From positions 47,802,001 through 47,866,000 of the forward strand of contig NC_043006.1 in the NCBI RefSeq assembly GCF_006345805.1: 64,000 nt of DNA, given 5' to 3'. Positions 1 to 13,924 of this stretch are shown here, piece by piece; position 1 is the first letter of the stretch; each line of letters starts with the position of its first letter. The stretch is from Octopus sinensis (taxonomy: Eukaryota). The notes under the pieces were generated by a model. The model saw nothing but the letters and a program-made list of their open reading frames with translations. It did not search any database and was not told the origin of the DNA. The position numbers were made by a program, and so were the translations under genes.

Positions 1-1170
1 ACCGTCTCATTAAATTCACAAAAACTTATTTGTTGTCAATGTAATTATGCTGAATAGAAAGCGTCCATCATTGCATCTTTCACACAAAATTCTTTTCTAA
101 ACATATATATCTCTCAGACGCTGCCACTTCAACACCACCTTGCTAATAATGTCATTTATACGTCTGAATATACCCTGTTATTTCAACACTTTCGTAACTA
201 TTTTCGCAATATGTATCTTTATTTCAACTGGTAATATATTTTTGAAACCTCAATGGACTATTGATGAATAACGAAGGACTCTGTGGTTTTGTGAATTTCA
301 TATCTTGGTATCTAACGATATAAAACGTTTGTTAGTCACTCATAATTCAGATAAAACATAGCTATACTACAGTTTGCCAGGATTCATATTGCTACACTTT
401 ATAAATACTTATTCCTCTTGTAAGAGATATGGCTCTAGAGTCTGTAAACTTTCATTATATCTCATTAGATATCATTACATCTAACTTGGGATCCTGAGAA
501 ACAATTTCTTCTTCAAACCATCCCTTATATATTTTGTATTCATTTCAATAAAACATTTACGTGATTACAATTCTTCAAAGGCTGTAGAAATTAGAATGCT
601 TCCAGTAATTCTGTGAATATAAAGTTAATTTTCCTTTCAATGGCCAAAAGTTTCAAGGGCATTTACCAATTGTCTAATCAATTTTCTACATCTTAAATTT
701 GTTTATTTTCTAGTATTCTTTTCTCTAGTCTACTACCATGAAAGCAGATTTGTTTCCGATAATGAAGTTTAGGATTGCTGCTTCGTCTCTGCATTTAATC
801 GATAACTCTAAAATTTCGGCGTCATTTATTCCAAAGGAATGGCACCATTGCTGGTTCTGGTGCGTCTTTTGTCTTCTAGAAAGGTGCTTGGAGATACGTT
901 GTATGCATATTTACAGTCCGTCCAAAAATATGCTAAACTACATGTACATGATGTACATATTCTAATATGTCGGTAAATACTGATATATTTTGTCAACATG
1001 AATTCCACAGGTGTACTAGAAAACCTAACGCCATGATGTATCATTTCGTATCTCCCCATTCATCGGAGTTATAAAAATATGTTAGAGAGATAGATAGATA
1101 GATAGACACATATATGGTTGGATGGAAGGATGGATGTATACATATATTCAAGCATAATATATATATATAC

Positions 1171-1220
<50 letters not shown>

Positions 1221-1222
<2 letters not shown>

Positions 1223-1507
1223 AGGCGCAATGGCTCAGTGGTCAGGGCAGCGGACTCGCGGTCGTAGGATCGCGGTTTCGATTTCCAGTCCGGGCGATGT
1301 GATTCTTTATTGTGCGAAAACACTTAAAAGCTCCACGAGCCTCCGGCAGGGGGTGGTGATCCCTGCTGTACTCTTTCACCACTCTTTCTCTCACTCTTTC
1401 TTCTGTTGGCCACTTCGCGGGTTGCGTCATTGGAAGGCTAAAACAATGCGAACGCATTGTGACCAACGATGTGTAACAACATCTGATGGTCTGGTCGGTC
1501 ATGTGAT

Positions 1508-1515
<8 letters not shown>
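1221..1515 (+). mobile_element. tRNA-derived SINE, group 1 (tRNA-Arg-like head A, tail type 1)
   Basis: Head GGAGGCGCAATGGCTCAGTGG...GGTTTCGATTTCC with Pol III box A/B-like motifs; same head at 23026, 36147(-), 39327 and 54670. Confidence 0.85.
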
Positions 1516-1553
<38 letters not shown>

Positions 1554-1610
1554 CTATAATGTATGATGAATTGATGCATAAATGCATACATACATATATA
1601 TTCTTCTATT

Positions 1611-1789
1611 CTTTTATTCTTTTACTTGTTTCAGTTATTTGACTGCGGCCTACAACTTATTCTTTGTTAGCCTAGTGATTATTCTATCGGTCTCTTGCCG
1701 ATCCGCTACGTTTCGGGGACGTAAACACACTAACAACGGTTGTCAAATGGTGGTAGGTGGGAGCCAAACAGAGACACACAAACATACAG

Positions 1790-1855
<66 letters not shown>

Positions 1856-1975
1856 TTTCCATCTACGAAATCCACTCACAAGGCTTTGGTTGTCCAAGGT
1901 GCCACACAGTGGGACTGAACCTGGAATCATGTAGTTGGGAAGGAAACTCCTTACCACACAACCACGCCTGCGCCT
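1611..1975 (-). mobile_element. SINE group 2 (internal TA microsatellite), internally deleted
   Basis: Reverse complement of the family seen at 3109, 15873 and 43353 (tail GACTGAAACAAGTAAAAGA, head GTGTGGTAAG...GGTTCAGTCCCAC). Confidence 0.85.
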
Positions 1976-2043
1976 GTCTACACATATATATGCAAATATG
2001 AGTTTATATATGCGTGTATTAGCCACTACACACACTATTTTCA

Positions 2044-2183
2044 CTCCTTATTTCTCTCCTTGTGTCCCTTTCTGTAGAAACGTAAAAGACTTTTTCTATT
2101 CCTGAGCATTATACTAATACATCTGTTTGTTTTGTACACCACCTGTCTTCATCTTTTGTTTTATTCGTAAACTCTCTCTCCCT
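2044..2183 (+). mobile_element. Penelope-like terminal repeat fragment next to (TA)n
   Basis: Homologous to 59012-59160 (-); stem II of the hammerhead-like motif is deleted (CTTTCTGTAGAAACGTAAAAG). The Penelope assignment is inferred. Confidence 0.5.
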
Positions 2184-2191
2184 ATATATAT

Positions 2192-2238
<47 letters not shown>

Positions 2239-2494
2239 TATATATATCTTTTAGCAAGACTGTATTTGCAAGTATACGTACGTGTGAGTCTGTGTGTAGC
2301 TATGCATTTTTGCACGTATATAAATACATGCGTCTGTATATATACAAGAAAGCAAGCATGCACGAATGCGTGCAGAGATTGATAATAGTGAGAGAGCCAT
2401 AGGTTTATGAACTGGCATTGTAATACTATGCCGCCACGATAAAGTCACTCCCTGAAACCTATTTTTGCAAATAGATATATATGTATGTGAGTGC

Positions 2495-2551
<57 letters not shown>

Positions 2552-2671
2552 AATTCATATGTCGTTATATGTCTAGTTATAGGTGTATCTTTGATCCACT
2601 CGCTAGATTGGGGAGATCCTGTGGCAAGGTCTTGAGGAATTTTAACCAAAGAAATCAACCTCGGGTATGTA

Positions 2672-2844
2672 TATATAATGTATGATGAATTGATGGAATG
2701 AAGTTCCATAATTCCCATCAATTTCGTTAAGAATGGAGGAAACAAGTTGCTAAAATTTATTAGAAGTTTAATTCTTGCAAGAATTAAGCTTCTTATAAAT
2801 GTTAAAATGTAACTGCATTCCGTCAATTCATCATACATTATATA
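2672..2844. repeat. Small element with ~33-bp terminal inverted repeats (MITE-like)
   Basis: TATATAATGTATGATGAATTGATGGAATGAAGTT (2672-2705) is inverted at 2811-2844 with 2 mismatches; a lone terminus occurs at ~1555-1572. Confidence 0.65.
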
Positions 2845-2987
2845 AAAGTACTACTTTCATATCTTCGCAAATTTACGCCTATAAACTCCCAGCAAAATAT
2901 AACAAATACACATGAGAAATCGTTTCTGGAAATCTCCAATTGAAGCACGAATCTACATTCAACCTTTATACACCCATAGTATTATTA

Positions 2988-3054
<67 letters not shown>

Positions 3055-3108
3055 ATATATACATTGACACATACAAACATATATATATGTATATATATAT
3101 ATATGCAT

Positions 3109-3500
3109 TGGAGTGGCTGTGTGGTAAGTGGCTTGCTTACGAACCCCATGGTTCCGGGTTCAGTCCCACTGCGTGGCACCTTGGGCAAGTGTCTTCTACA
3201 ATAGCCTCGGGCCGACAAAAACCTTGTGAGTTGATTTGGGAGACGGAAACTGAAAGAAGTCCTTCGGATATATGAACATATATATGTATGCGTGTGTGTC
3301 TGTGTGTCTGTGTTTGTCCCCCAACATCGCTTGACAACCGATGGTGGTGTGTTTACGTCCCCGTAACTTAGCGATTCGGCAAAACAGACCGATAGAATAA
3401 GTAGTAAGCTTACGAAGAATAAATCCTGGGGTCGATTTGCTCGACTAAAGTCGGTGCACCAGCATGGCCACAGTCACAAGACTGAAATAAGTAAAAGAGA
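3109..3500 (+). mobile_element. SINE group 2, near full length
   Basis: GGAGTGGCTGTGTGGTAAG...GGTTCAGTCCCACTGCGTGGCACCTTGGGCAAGTG...CAGCATGGCCACAGTC...GACTGAAATAAGTAAAAGA. Confidence 0.9.
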
Positions 3501-3510
3501 TTAAATAGAG

Positions 3511-3693
3511 AGAGATTTTTTTCCCTGTCTTCCCTTTCTGGATCTTTCCTTCTCCTATGTTTCCAACGAAGAGCTCCGCTCAAAACGTTAAGCCCTCCTT
3601 CTTTCCTTCTTTCCTGAGCGTCCAATAATACTATATTTGTTCCACGTCCTCGCGTTGTTGTGTTTTTTTGTGCTTTCGTGTTTGGATTAACTT
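3511..3693 (+). mobile_element. Penelope-like repeat with degenerate hammerhead-like motif
   Basis: Near copy of 8845-9012; CCAACGAA-GAGC-tcc-GCTC-AAAACGTT; ends at (TA)n. Confidence 0.55.
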
Positions 3694-3729
<36 letters not shown>

Positions 3730-4132
3730 ATCAAAGAAACATATGTGTGCGCCAGCTATGAGCAAACCAATATAGGAAAACAAAACATTACCAGGAGTAA
3801 AGTATCCTTCCATTTTTAGAGGATAAATAGAAAATACGGCAATATGTTCAATGTTAAAAGCGGAGAGAAACAACTAGAAACCATTTGTTGTTATTTTTAA
3901 TCCCATGCATTATAAATAACCCCACCTGTGCATGCAATAAAGGTATTTATGAAATGTAATCTAGGTAGACAGTGTTAGTTTTTACATCATTTTTTTTTGT
4001 TTATAAGGTACAGTATTACTTGAGAGAGAATTAGCTTCTATTTTTGCAGTGTTAGTGACCTCGTAAATGCTCTCCTCGTTTTGCCTAAGATCGATATGTT
4101 GTGTATATTCTATCTAGGTTATATTCTTTTCT

Positions 4133-4250
4133 AATTTAGGCACAAGGCCCGGATTATTTGGGGCGGGCAGTCGAATAGATCGACTGCAGTACGCAAATGG
4201 TACTTAATTCATCGACCCCGAAATGATGAAAGGCAAAGTCGACCTCGACG
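4133..4250 (-). mobile_element. SINE group 3 (Nin-like domain) 3' fragment, tail B
   Basis: TCGACCCCGAAATGATGAAAGGCAAAGTCGACCTCG and tail AGGCACAAGGCCC, as in 33131-33346. Confidence 0.8.
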
Positions 4251-4569
4251 GTCAATGCAGGTTATATTCTGTATATAAAAAAACTTGAATTATAAACTTG
4301 AATCTAGTACAAAATTTTAACGTTTCGATTTGGAGCTAAATTCTTCAAATTAGAAATGCATTCATGACATACCATTTTTAGTCTCAATAAATACAAGACA
4401 TTGCATCTAAACAAAGAATGCCATGTAGCACACGAAAACAAGAAAACAATACAAAAATGTTAGAAGTAAATTATGCATGCACGCAAACGAATTACTGCAA
4501 ATAGGTCAATACGTTCCAAATTCTGTACGCATGAATATTATACGCATATATCTATATATATTATATATA

Positions 4570-4610
<41 letters not shown>

Positions 4611-4876
4611 GGCATAAATACAGAGTGGAAATAGCGAGTGAGAGATGGAGAAAGAGAATTAGATAGGAACCGATATTTGTTTTCTAAGAATTTAGATGTG
4701 TTCTACATAGATTGTTGTGTTCTTATAATTTTATGTACTACAATTATGTTTCTGTTGAATTATTAATATATGAATTCGATACAAATGCAAAGGAGCCCTT
4801 CGGAGGCCTAAAACGAAAATACCAATATATTTTTATTTATATTTATATAAAAGCGTTATATATGAAAACATATATA

Positions 4877-4912
<36 letters not shown>

Positions 4913-5007
4913 TGTATGTATGTATGTATGTATGTATGTATGTATGTGTGTGTATATATGTATGTATATGTCTTTATGTGTGCACATTGTTGTATATATA
5001 TATATAT

Positions 5008-5835
5008 CATATATGGATGGTAACAAAATTAGTGCTATCAATACTAAAATGATATGAGTCTTTTATTTTATTGTAACTCAAATTTTGAGATCTAGTAAAC
5101 AAATCATTAATATAATTAAGCAAATATCAGAGTTTATCGGAATATTCTAACAAAAAAATGTGGGGTTGGTTTGCATGGGAACTTGCGGGAATGTATATAT
5201 CATTATGAGGGGCGTAACGCTCTCGTCTGCATAAAATTTCTTAATCATTTTCTGAAGCCAAAGTATATACAACTAATAAAGATGCAAAGAAATATGGAAA
5301 ACAATGGGGAAATATGCATTCCGAAAACGAAAAATGATAATAAAGAAAGTGAAATAGAAGATGTAAATAATACGGGCGGGCGAAAATTATGATATATTAA
5401 ATATTGTCATGATATATTAGAGGTGAATCCAGTTTGGACGGTTTCAATAAATATATTCAGAGTGAAACGCGCTTATACAAATATATGTGTACGGTTACAA
5501 CACATATGCGTTTTCCGTAATTAATGTTTGAGTCTAACGAGTGTTTAGGGATATCAAATCAGAATAAGAAAATTCCATGAGATTATATAGCGTTATAGTG
5601 AAAATAGCAACTGAATAACATAACGCAGAGTATTTCCAATTTTTACTAGCTTTGCAGTAAATTCTCTGTCGAAATGAGAAAATTCATAAAATACTTGATC
5701 TTGCGTTTAGTCAGTCAGCAGTATTGTGGTCTTTAAATATTACATAGTTCTTCTCTGCTAGAAAAGGTATCCTTTATTTTCTTTAATATTCGGTTCGAAG
5801 ATTATATTTTATAGGGAATAAAACAAATGGTATAA

Positions 5836-5877
<42 letters not shown>

Positions 5878-5955
5878 GGCGGCTTTTGAGCTAGCTCCTG
5901 TATATATATTATGTATGTATATATATGTAAGTATATATATATTTATGTATGTATG

Positions 5956-6002
<47 letters not shown>

Positions 6003-6837
6003 ATCATATATGGATGGTAACAAAATTAGTGCTATCAATACTAAAATGATATGAGTCTTTTATTTTATTGTAACTCAAATTTTGAGATCTAGTAAACAAA
6101 TCATTAATATAATTAAGCAAATATCAGAGTTTATCGGAATATTCTAACAAAAAAATGTGGGGTTGGTTTGCATGGGAACTTGCGGGAATGTATATATCAT
6201 TATGAGGGGCGTAACGCTCTCGTCTGCATAAAATTTCTTAATCATTTTCTGAAGCCAAAGTATATACAACTAATAAAGATGCAAAGAAATATGGAAAACA
6301 ATGGGGAAATATGCATTCCGAAAACGAAAAATGATAATAAAGAAAGTGAAATAGAAGATGTAAATAATACGGGCGGGCGAAAATTATGATATATTAAATA
6401 TTGTCATGATATATTAGAGGTGAATCCAGTTTGGACGGTTTCAATAAATATATTCAGAGTGAAACGCGCTTATACAAATATATGTGTACGGTTACAACAC
6501 ATATGCGTTTTCCGTAATTAATGTTTGAGTCTAACGAGTGTTTAGGGATATCAAATCAGAATAAGAAAATTCCATGAGATTATATAGCGTTATAGTGAAA
6601 ATAGCAACTGAATAACATAACGCAGAGTATTTCCAATTTTTACTAGCTTTGCAGTAAATTCTCTGTCGAAATGAGAAAATTCATAACATAAAATACTTGA
6701 TCTTGCGTTTAGTCAGTCAGCAGTATTGTGGTCTTTAAATATTACATAGTTCTTCTCTGCTAGAAAAGGTATCCTTTATTTTCTTTAATATTCGGTTCGA
6801 AGATTATATTTTATAGGGAATAAAACAAATGGTATAA

Positions 6838-6877
<40 letters not shown>

Positions 6878-6915
6878 GGCGGCTTTTGAGCTAGCTCCTG
6901 TATATATATTTATGT
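5008..6915. repeat. ~997-bp tandem duplication bounded by (TA)n
   Basis: 5015-5910 and 6012-6910 are essentially identical, including the same 73-aa ORF; the visible non-microsatellite difference is a 5-bp CATAA insertion near 6685. Confidence 0.95.
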
Positions 6916-6981
6916 ATGTATATATATGTAAGTATATATATATTTATGTATGTAGTATATATATATATATATTTATGTATG

Positions 6982-7041
<60 letters not shown>

Positions 7042-7872
7042 CAAATTTTATGCATGAAATAAAAGGTTTATGTAATTTTCCTAGCTTAAGTAGCAATATC
7101 GAGATCACTTAACGTTCGTATATTTCGAACATGTGATTTTAATGTTTCAAATACGAATTTTCCAACGCTCAGCTAATTGATATGTTCAACTTGGTATATT
7201 TTTCAATACGCGTTCGAATTCTTTTAGATATTTCTTATTCAGCATTGTTAACGAATATTCCGTGTGTGGTGCTGCATAATTGAAATACCAAATGAAAATA
7301 CAGAATGTGCAGCATACTTAATTAAAAGCTGCGTTAGTCACTAATGGAATAAATAAACTTCGCAATTCAGTAGATGCTAACAAACAATAATAACAAGCGA
7401 AAATGGCTTCAGTATATAATAAATATAAGTTGTATGAAGCCGACTGCAATCATTCTTCAATAAAAAATACAGACATTATATTAATGTTACACTTAAAATT
7501 CTTTACATTCATTCTGTCATTATATATATATATATACGAGCAAAACACCCACCGTCCAATGGATGGTGATGAGTTGTCATACGTTTAAACCAAATTTTCT
7601 CAAAACAACGACCGTCCCCTTTGAGAAACACTGATTTAATCTAAATTTGAGACACCATCAAAAGCAGAAATATAGATAGACTTTTTTCTATTCCAAAGAA
7701 AAACGATTTAATTCATACAAATATGCAACCGAAAACATTAAAATACCAGTAATGAAAAGTCTGTTGACTGGGAGAACACAAACATGGTTTAAACAGTAAG
7801 CAGTATAAAACAACAGAAAACGGAAGGTGCAGTTATGTACAGGTTGACCGAAGAAAAGCAGGACAAAAACGG

Positions 7873-8040
7873 CTTTCTCGATCGCATTCTCACCTGGAAT
7901 CGATCTTTGTAATTTTTTTAAAATTTACATACGCCCTGATATCGTCGGTATCTGCATATCAAATTTGAGCGCCATCGGATCAAGGATGCCCGAGATCCGA
8001 GAAGACACACACACACGCGGACAGAACGGATTTCATACAA
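7873..8040 (-). mobile_element. Helentron/DINE-1-like non-autonomous element fragment
   Basis: Reverse-complement homologue of 61929-62095; TCCGTTCTGTC plus GT microsatellite and CCGATGGCGCTCAAATTTGATATG, resembling DINE-1-like elements. Confidence 0.55.
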
Positions 8041-8429
8041 TATATATATATATATGACTTATTAGCAATTTAACAACCTAAAAGCAAATTTATAGACGTC
8101 ACTAAAGTGACAAAGGGTTCGATGTGTTAGCGGTATTGCTCGAAATATGAGTCAAACCGACTCATTAGCAAAAAGATCATTATCTTAATTAGCTGACAAG
8201 GGAGACAAAGCTCCACACGGTCGCAGACATAGCCATATAACTAGAAATTTCGAATTTTGATGCAGAGCATCTTAATTCTCATCAGTGGCCCTTACTGCGC
8301 TCAGGGTTAACCTCAACTCACCTCGTCAACTTATACTAAATATTGTTAAAAACATGTACTGATTTGGAAAACGGTAGAAGTGAAAACTACAAATAATACG
8401 GGTGGCTTATAAGCAAGTTAACAGTCTAT

Positions 8430-8490
8430 AGCCTTGTGAATAGATTTGATAGGTGGAACCGGAAGAAGCCGTCGTATATATATATACGTA

Positions 8491-8539
<49 letters not shown>

Positions 8540-8767
8540 GTGGGTGTGTGTGTGACTGTCTGTATTTGCACCCCTCCACAGCATCGCTTGACACACGGCG
8601 CTTGTATGTTTATGTCCCCATAACTTGGCAGTTCGGCAAAAATGACAGATGGAATAAGTACTAGGCGTACAAGGAATAAGTTCTGGGGTCAATTTCTTCG
8701 ACTAAAATACATTTAAGCCTTTTCTCCAACATGGCCGCAACAAGAGAGTGAAACAAATAAAAGAAAG
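8430..8767 (+). mobile_element. SINE group 2, 5'-truncated
   Basis: GCCTTGTGAATAGATTTG...GAAGCCGTCG(TA)n...CATGGCCGCA...GAAACAAATAAAAGA. Confidence 0.85.
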
Positions 8768-8825
8768 TATATGTATGTATTTATATGTATATATATGTAT
8801 AAATGTATTTATATTCAAAATATGA

Positions 8826-9012
8826 CCGCGTGTTACCGTTGGCGAGTTTTTTCCTCTGTCTTCCCTTCTCCTATGTTTCCGACGAAGAGCTCCGCTCGAA
8901 ACGTTAAAACCTCCTTCTTTCCTTCTTTCCTTTTTTCCTGAGCGTCCAATAATACTATATTTGTTCCACGTCCTCGTTCTTGTATTTTTTGTGCTTTCAT
9001 ATTTGGATTTAC
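8826..9012 (+). mobile_element. Penelope-like repeat carrying a minimal hammerhead-like motif (8875-8910)
   Basis: GTTT-CCGACGAA-GAGC-tcc-GCTC-GAAACGTT-AAAAC; second copy at 3511. Confidence 0.55.
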
Positions 9013-9053
9013 TATATATATATATATATATATTATATATAATATATATATAT

Positions 9054-9086
<33 letters not shown>

Positions 9087-9617
9087 GTATGTATATATAT
9101 GCATGTATATACGTATGTATATATGTACTTTAAATCAAATTGGCAAATATATGTAAGAACCCAAACTATCAATTAATATATCTAAAAAAATGATCATATT
9201 AATATAAATTTTATATTTACCAACAGCAGTGTCCATATTACCATCTTATCCTCAATCAACAATTAAGGATGAAATAGCCGGAGTTTATACAAATGTGTGT
9301 ACGTACGTGAGTCTCCCTGTGCATCTGAGTGTGTGTCTGGAATATTGGATGAGTTATTTTGTGCGTGTGCGTGCCTGTTTCAGTAAATGTGTATTTTATG
9401 TGAGAGCCAGTTAATATATCATAAAACATAGCATCGTATGTGGCCAAGATTAATGCTAATGTTGTGTCATATTCTAAAGTATACACATTTTAGCTATTAC
9501 ATGATATATCACGTAAGATGATCACCGCATGTGAATCTGTGCGTATATATCTACGTCCATTTATCTATGTATCAATCTATCAATGCATATATTGATATAT
9601 ATGTTTATGTAGGCATG

Positions 9618-9619
<2 letters not shown>

Positions 9620-9657
<38 letters not shown>

Positions 9658-9791
9658 GTATATATATATATATATATACATATATATATACATATATATA
9701 TATGCATATACATATATGTGTATGTATATGTGTAACATATATGTGTATATATATATATATGTATATATATATGTATATATATATATATATG

Positions 9792-9850
<59 letters not shown>

Positions 9851-9872
9851 TATATATAATATATATATATAT
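9620..9872. repeat. Compound (TA)n microsatellite (representative of dozens in the window)
   Basis: Direct reading. Confidence 0.95.
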
Positions 9873-10330
9873 GGCAGGTCGAGTTTAAAAGTGTCAATGT
9901 TTAACGTTTCTTTTATGTGGGTAAGTCTACTTTTGTGTGTAATTATGCTAGCTCGGTAAGTATGACTCTCAGTTGTTTCATGTGTTGCGATATTTTTTAC
10001 GACATTATCCGCCATTATACGGCATGTCAGCAGAAATAATTACATGCCATGCAGATGTTCCTGGCAATAAAAAAAAAAAATGAATATAATTCATGCCAGA
10101 ACATCATTTTGTAAAGTCACTGGAAAATCTGCATATTCAACCACAGATCTGTTTAACGTACATATATACGTGTATAGGTAATTAAATAGAAATGTGTGTG
10201 TATATATATTTATATATATGCATATGTATATATATATGTGTGTGTATATATTTATATATAATGAATGAGACACAGAAGTGAACATAAATAAATATGTGTA
10301 TACATCTATACAGTCAGTAATTAATTTCTG

Positions 10331-10378
<48 letters not shown>

Positions 10379-10406
10379 CATACATACATACATATATATA
10401 TATATA

Positions 10407-10439
<33 letters not shown>

Positions 10440-10609
10440 ATATATATATATACATATATATATATATACATACATATATATAAATATTTTAATCGCAGTA
10501 AATATATATGTTTGTGCGTCTGCGCGTCAGCATGGCCGCAGTCAAATGACTGAAACAAGTTGAAGTATAAAAGAATGTGTGCGCATATGTAGGAGTGTGT
10601 GTGTGTGCG

Positions 10610-10650
<41 letters not shown>

Positions 10651-11378
10651 CTGTGAATAGATGATTAAATAGATATTTTTTTATACATGTAACCTATACA
10701 TATACGCATATATATAATACATATACGTGCGTGTTTGTGCGTGAGTGTGCGCGCGCGTGTATTTTGCGTGTGAGTAAACGCTTCTTCAATAGACAGGCGT
10801 GTTGGTAAAATTTATACTTGAAATTTAATGAAAATAAACTGGGATATATAACTAGATTTCTTATACGTCATTATAATTAATCCTGTGTCTGTAAGTCACT
10901 TTATAATTCTATTTCAGGAAGATAGCACACTACAGGTGAACCGTGTTAATTATGGAAAATATATCGGTTTCAAATATGGCTCATTATATAAACTAAATTA
11001 CTTATTGATTTTCCGTCCAGACCATTATCACTCTCTTTTTCCTGTGGTTACCCCACATATGCGCAGAGCATACCGGCTTCCTTTATATATCTATGTGTTT
11101 GTGTATATTTGTATACGTCAGTGTGTAAAGAGAGAATATGTACGTTTTTCTCCTATTTCTACCTGGAGTTTATTTTTCCTATTAGATTAGAGTGAAATAA
11201 TAGAAAAATCTTTAGATAGAGAAACGAATATATGTATTCATAAATATATACTTATGTATGTATGTATGTATATATAAACACAAATTAAAAATAGGTTAAA
11301 ATCTTTTATTATGGTAGTTTTGACTTTAAGAGTCCCTCATAGCGCGAGATATTTATGTATAGTAATGCCCTTAATATA

Positions 11379-11455
<77 letters not shown>

Positions 11456-13924
11456 TGTATATATATGTGTGTGTGTGTGTGTGTGTATGTATATAAATAT
11501 ATGCATCTGTAAATTTACAAATATATATATGAAGAGAGAGAGAGACAGATACATATATACATGTATACATCCTCACATGCATACATAATACATACATGCA
11601 TACATAGAATAAAACAAATAGACTCACACACAAATGTGTTAAAAGTGCAGTGTGTTATGTGTAAGAGCGGGAAGGCGCACGAGTGTGTTTGTATGTGTGT
11701 ATGTGTGTGTGTGTGTCTTTGTGTGTGTATGATGGATAACAACATGGTTCACGTTAATGTTATTTTGCATCTATATATATTTTTTTCTTTTCTCTGCTTC
11801 CATAATATTATTCTACTACAATATTAATTACCCTACTTATTTATCACATTATGTAATGTCACGTTACATTAAAAAATCTTCACTCTTCATTTATTCATTA
11901 TATACACACCGGTTTTCACTAACGCTCATATACTCGTAGATATATATTCACGTACCAATATGAATTAAAAAAATTCGAGTTTCTGTGTGCTTTTTTATGT
12001 ATCGTCCATGTGTATAAGATGATAATTTAAAGCCATATAGCTTCCGAGTGTGTCCATCTTCGTTGAACCTTTAGGACATTTCCTCAATAGCCTATGAGTG
12101 CGTATATGTGTGTCTATGTGTACATCCATGTACCTGCCTTTCCTTACACTGACACCATTTAAAGATATGCAAAAGCCAGGAAATGCTCGTTTTTCAATAG
12201 CATGTACAATCCATTTCAGGAATTGCCGTAGATTTCCCGCCTACCTACTTTCATTCTCAAGTCGACACAGGTCTATGCAGCAACGACACTTTTTCAGTAT
12301 GACCTGCAGCAAATTTTAAACTAATCTAATGATTAAGAACCGAACTTTGTAATCATTTATCCGTAGATCATCTCGTAGTATGGCTAAATGTTAAGGTATT
12401 TTGCTTCACATCCATAATGTTTTGGTTTCGGTCCCTCAACGGGGCATCTTGAGCGATATACCATTGTCTGTAGGTTTGTGTCAACCCATAAAATGTAAAT
12501 ACTAATAGATATACAAAAACTATGTAAAATGCCGCCGCATGAATTGTAGCTATAATGCTAAACGCACAGTGTGGTCTCATACTGCCTCACGCTGATTCTG
12601 CCTTAGAATTTATTTAAGGATACAGGTTAGTGTGTCAGTGTGTGTGTCTTTGCGTGCGTGTGTGTGTCTTTGCGTGCGTGTGTGTGTGTGTGTCTTTGCG
12701 TGCGTGTGTGTGTGTGTGTGTGTGTGTATAAGGTCATTAATTTGGCCCAACAACGATGTGTAGGAAACATACACCACCACTTCGCTTTTCATTCGAAGCT
12801 GCCGAAATATCAATGTCTGGACTTCAAATATATTTGAATGAGGTTCTTCTCGTTGTCATCATTTTCATCCTCAAGTTAGATGCAGATCCCTAGATATTCC
12901 AGCCATCATTATTTTACCGTTCTCTTACGTTTTAAGAATCTGGGACTAAATTGCTCAACGTGTCCTTACTGTTGGGTGAGATTCCACTTTTAAGTTTTAG
13001 TTCCCTGGCAATGTAGGGAATTTCGATTTTTGAAAAGCGCAAGTATTTCAGTTTAGGGTATGAATGTGAAGTTAGTTCCAACAATTGTTATCACTGACAT
13101 CAAAAGGGCTGTTTAAGTAATTAGTGGTAGAGAGTCAGAGAGGAAGAAGTGCCGGATACATGGTCGAATTGCATAATGAGAAACGTTTCTCTCACTGTTC
13201 TTTTAATTTACCTGTTTGAAAATGAGTATAACTGAATTTCCAAACATAGCTAACAGTAATTAAGTAAAGGAATGTGTTGTTGATATTGCTTAGGCAATAG
13301 TGTGGCCTTAATGGCAGATCAACGTTACAATATTTGCCCAAAATGACTAACTGTATACTGCTGAATGTGTTAATCGAGGCGTCAGTATGACATCATTTGA
13401 AGAAGAATTTGCTACTATTTTTAGACGTCCAACAACCGCATAGATGCTCTCATGCGTTCATTTCTTTGAGAAAATTTACCTGAATAACTTCACGAGAGTT
13501 GGCAATTTTCAGTCGATTATGATTCTAATGCTTCAGCAGGAAATATTTTTTGAGTAGCATGGCATACAGAGAATGGCTATCTCGTCTATACATTTCTTAA
13601 GATGCGCTCTATTAGATAAAATAATCTCGCTAAAGAAGGTTGCTCGATGACCTTGAATAATATAGTGTTAGCAATGCATACTTAAACGAGAACGGGTCTC
13701 GCTTTGACATTTCTATTATAAGAAATTTGTTGAATAAAAATCAGACATGGCATTAATCTGTCTAATGTGAACTAATTTATTTCTAAAAATGTTGGCTACA
13801 GGAAACATTATCATGTTGCAGTGAAGCTTGTGAAGTTATTGAATTGTAACGGTATTATAAAACACGTTGAGTATTAAACTATTCAACCGTGTCTATTTTG
13901 TGATGTTACATCAACCATGGTTAT

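Noticed and set aside
1-1068. Possible decayed transposon coding sequence
   Set aside because: No motif I can recognise in any frame; would need a translated search.
1221-1295. Functional tRNA genes at SINE heads
   Set aside because: Acceptor stems are imperfect, heads continue into SINE bodies and tails, and several copies have TSDs.
5171-6389. Duplicated 73-aa ORF as a gene pair
   Set aside because: TTG start, no recognisable motif; the identity is explained by the 1-kb duplication.
9580-10558. [16 protein letters not shown] ORFs throughout the track
   Set aside because: Artefacts of (TA)n, (CA)n and (GATA)n.
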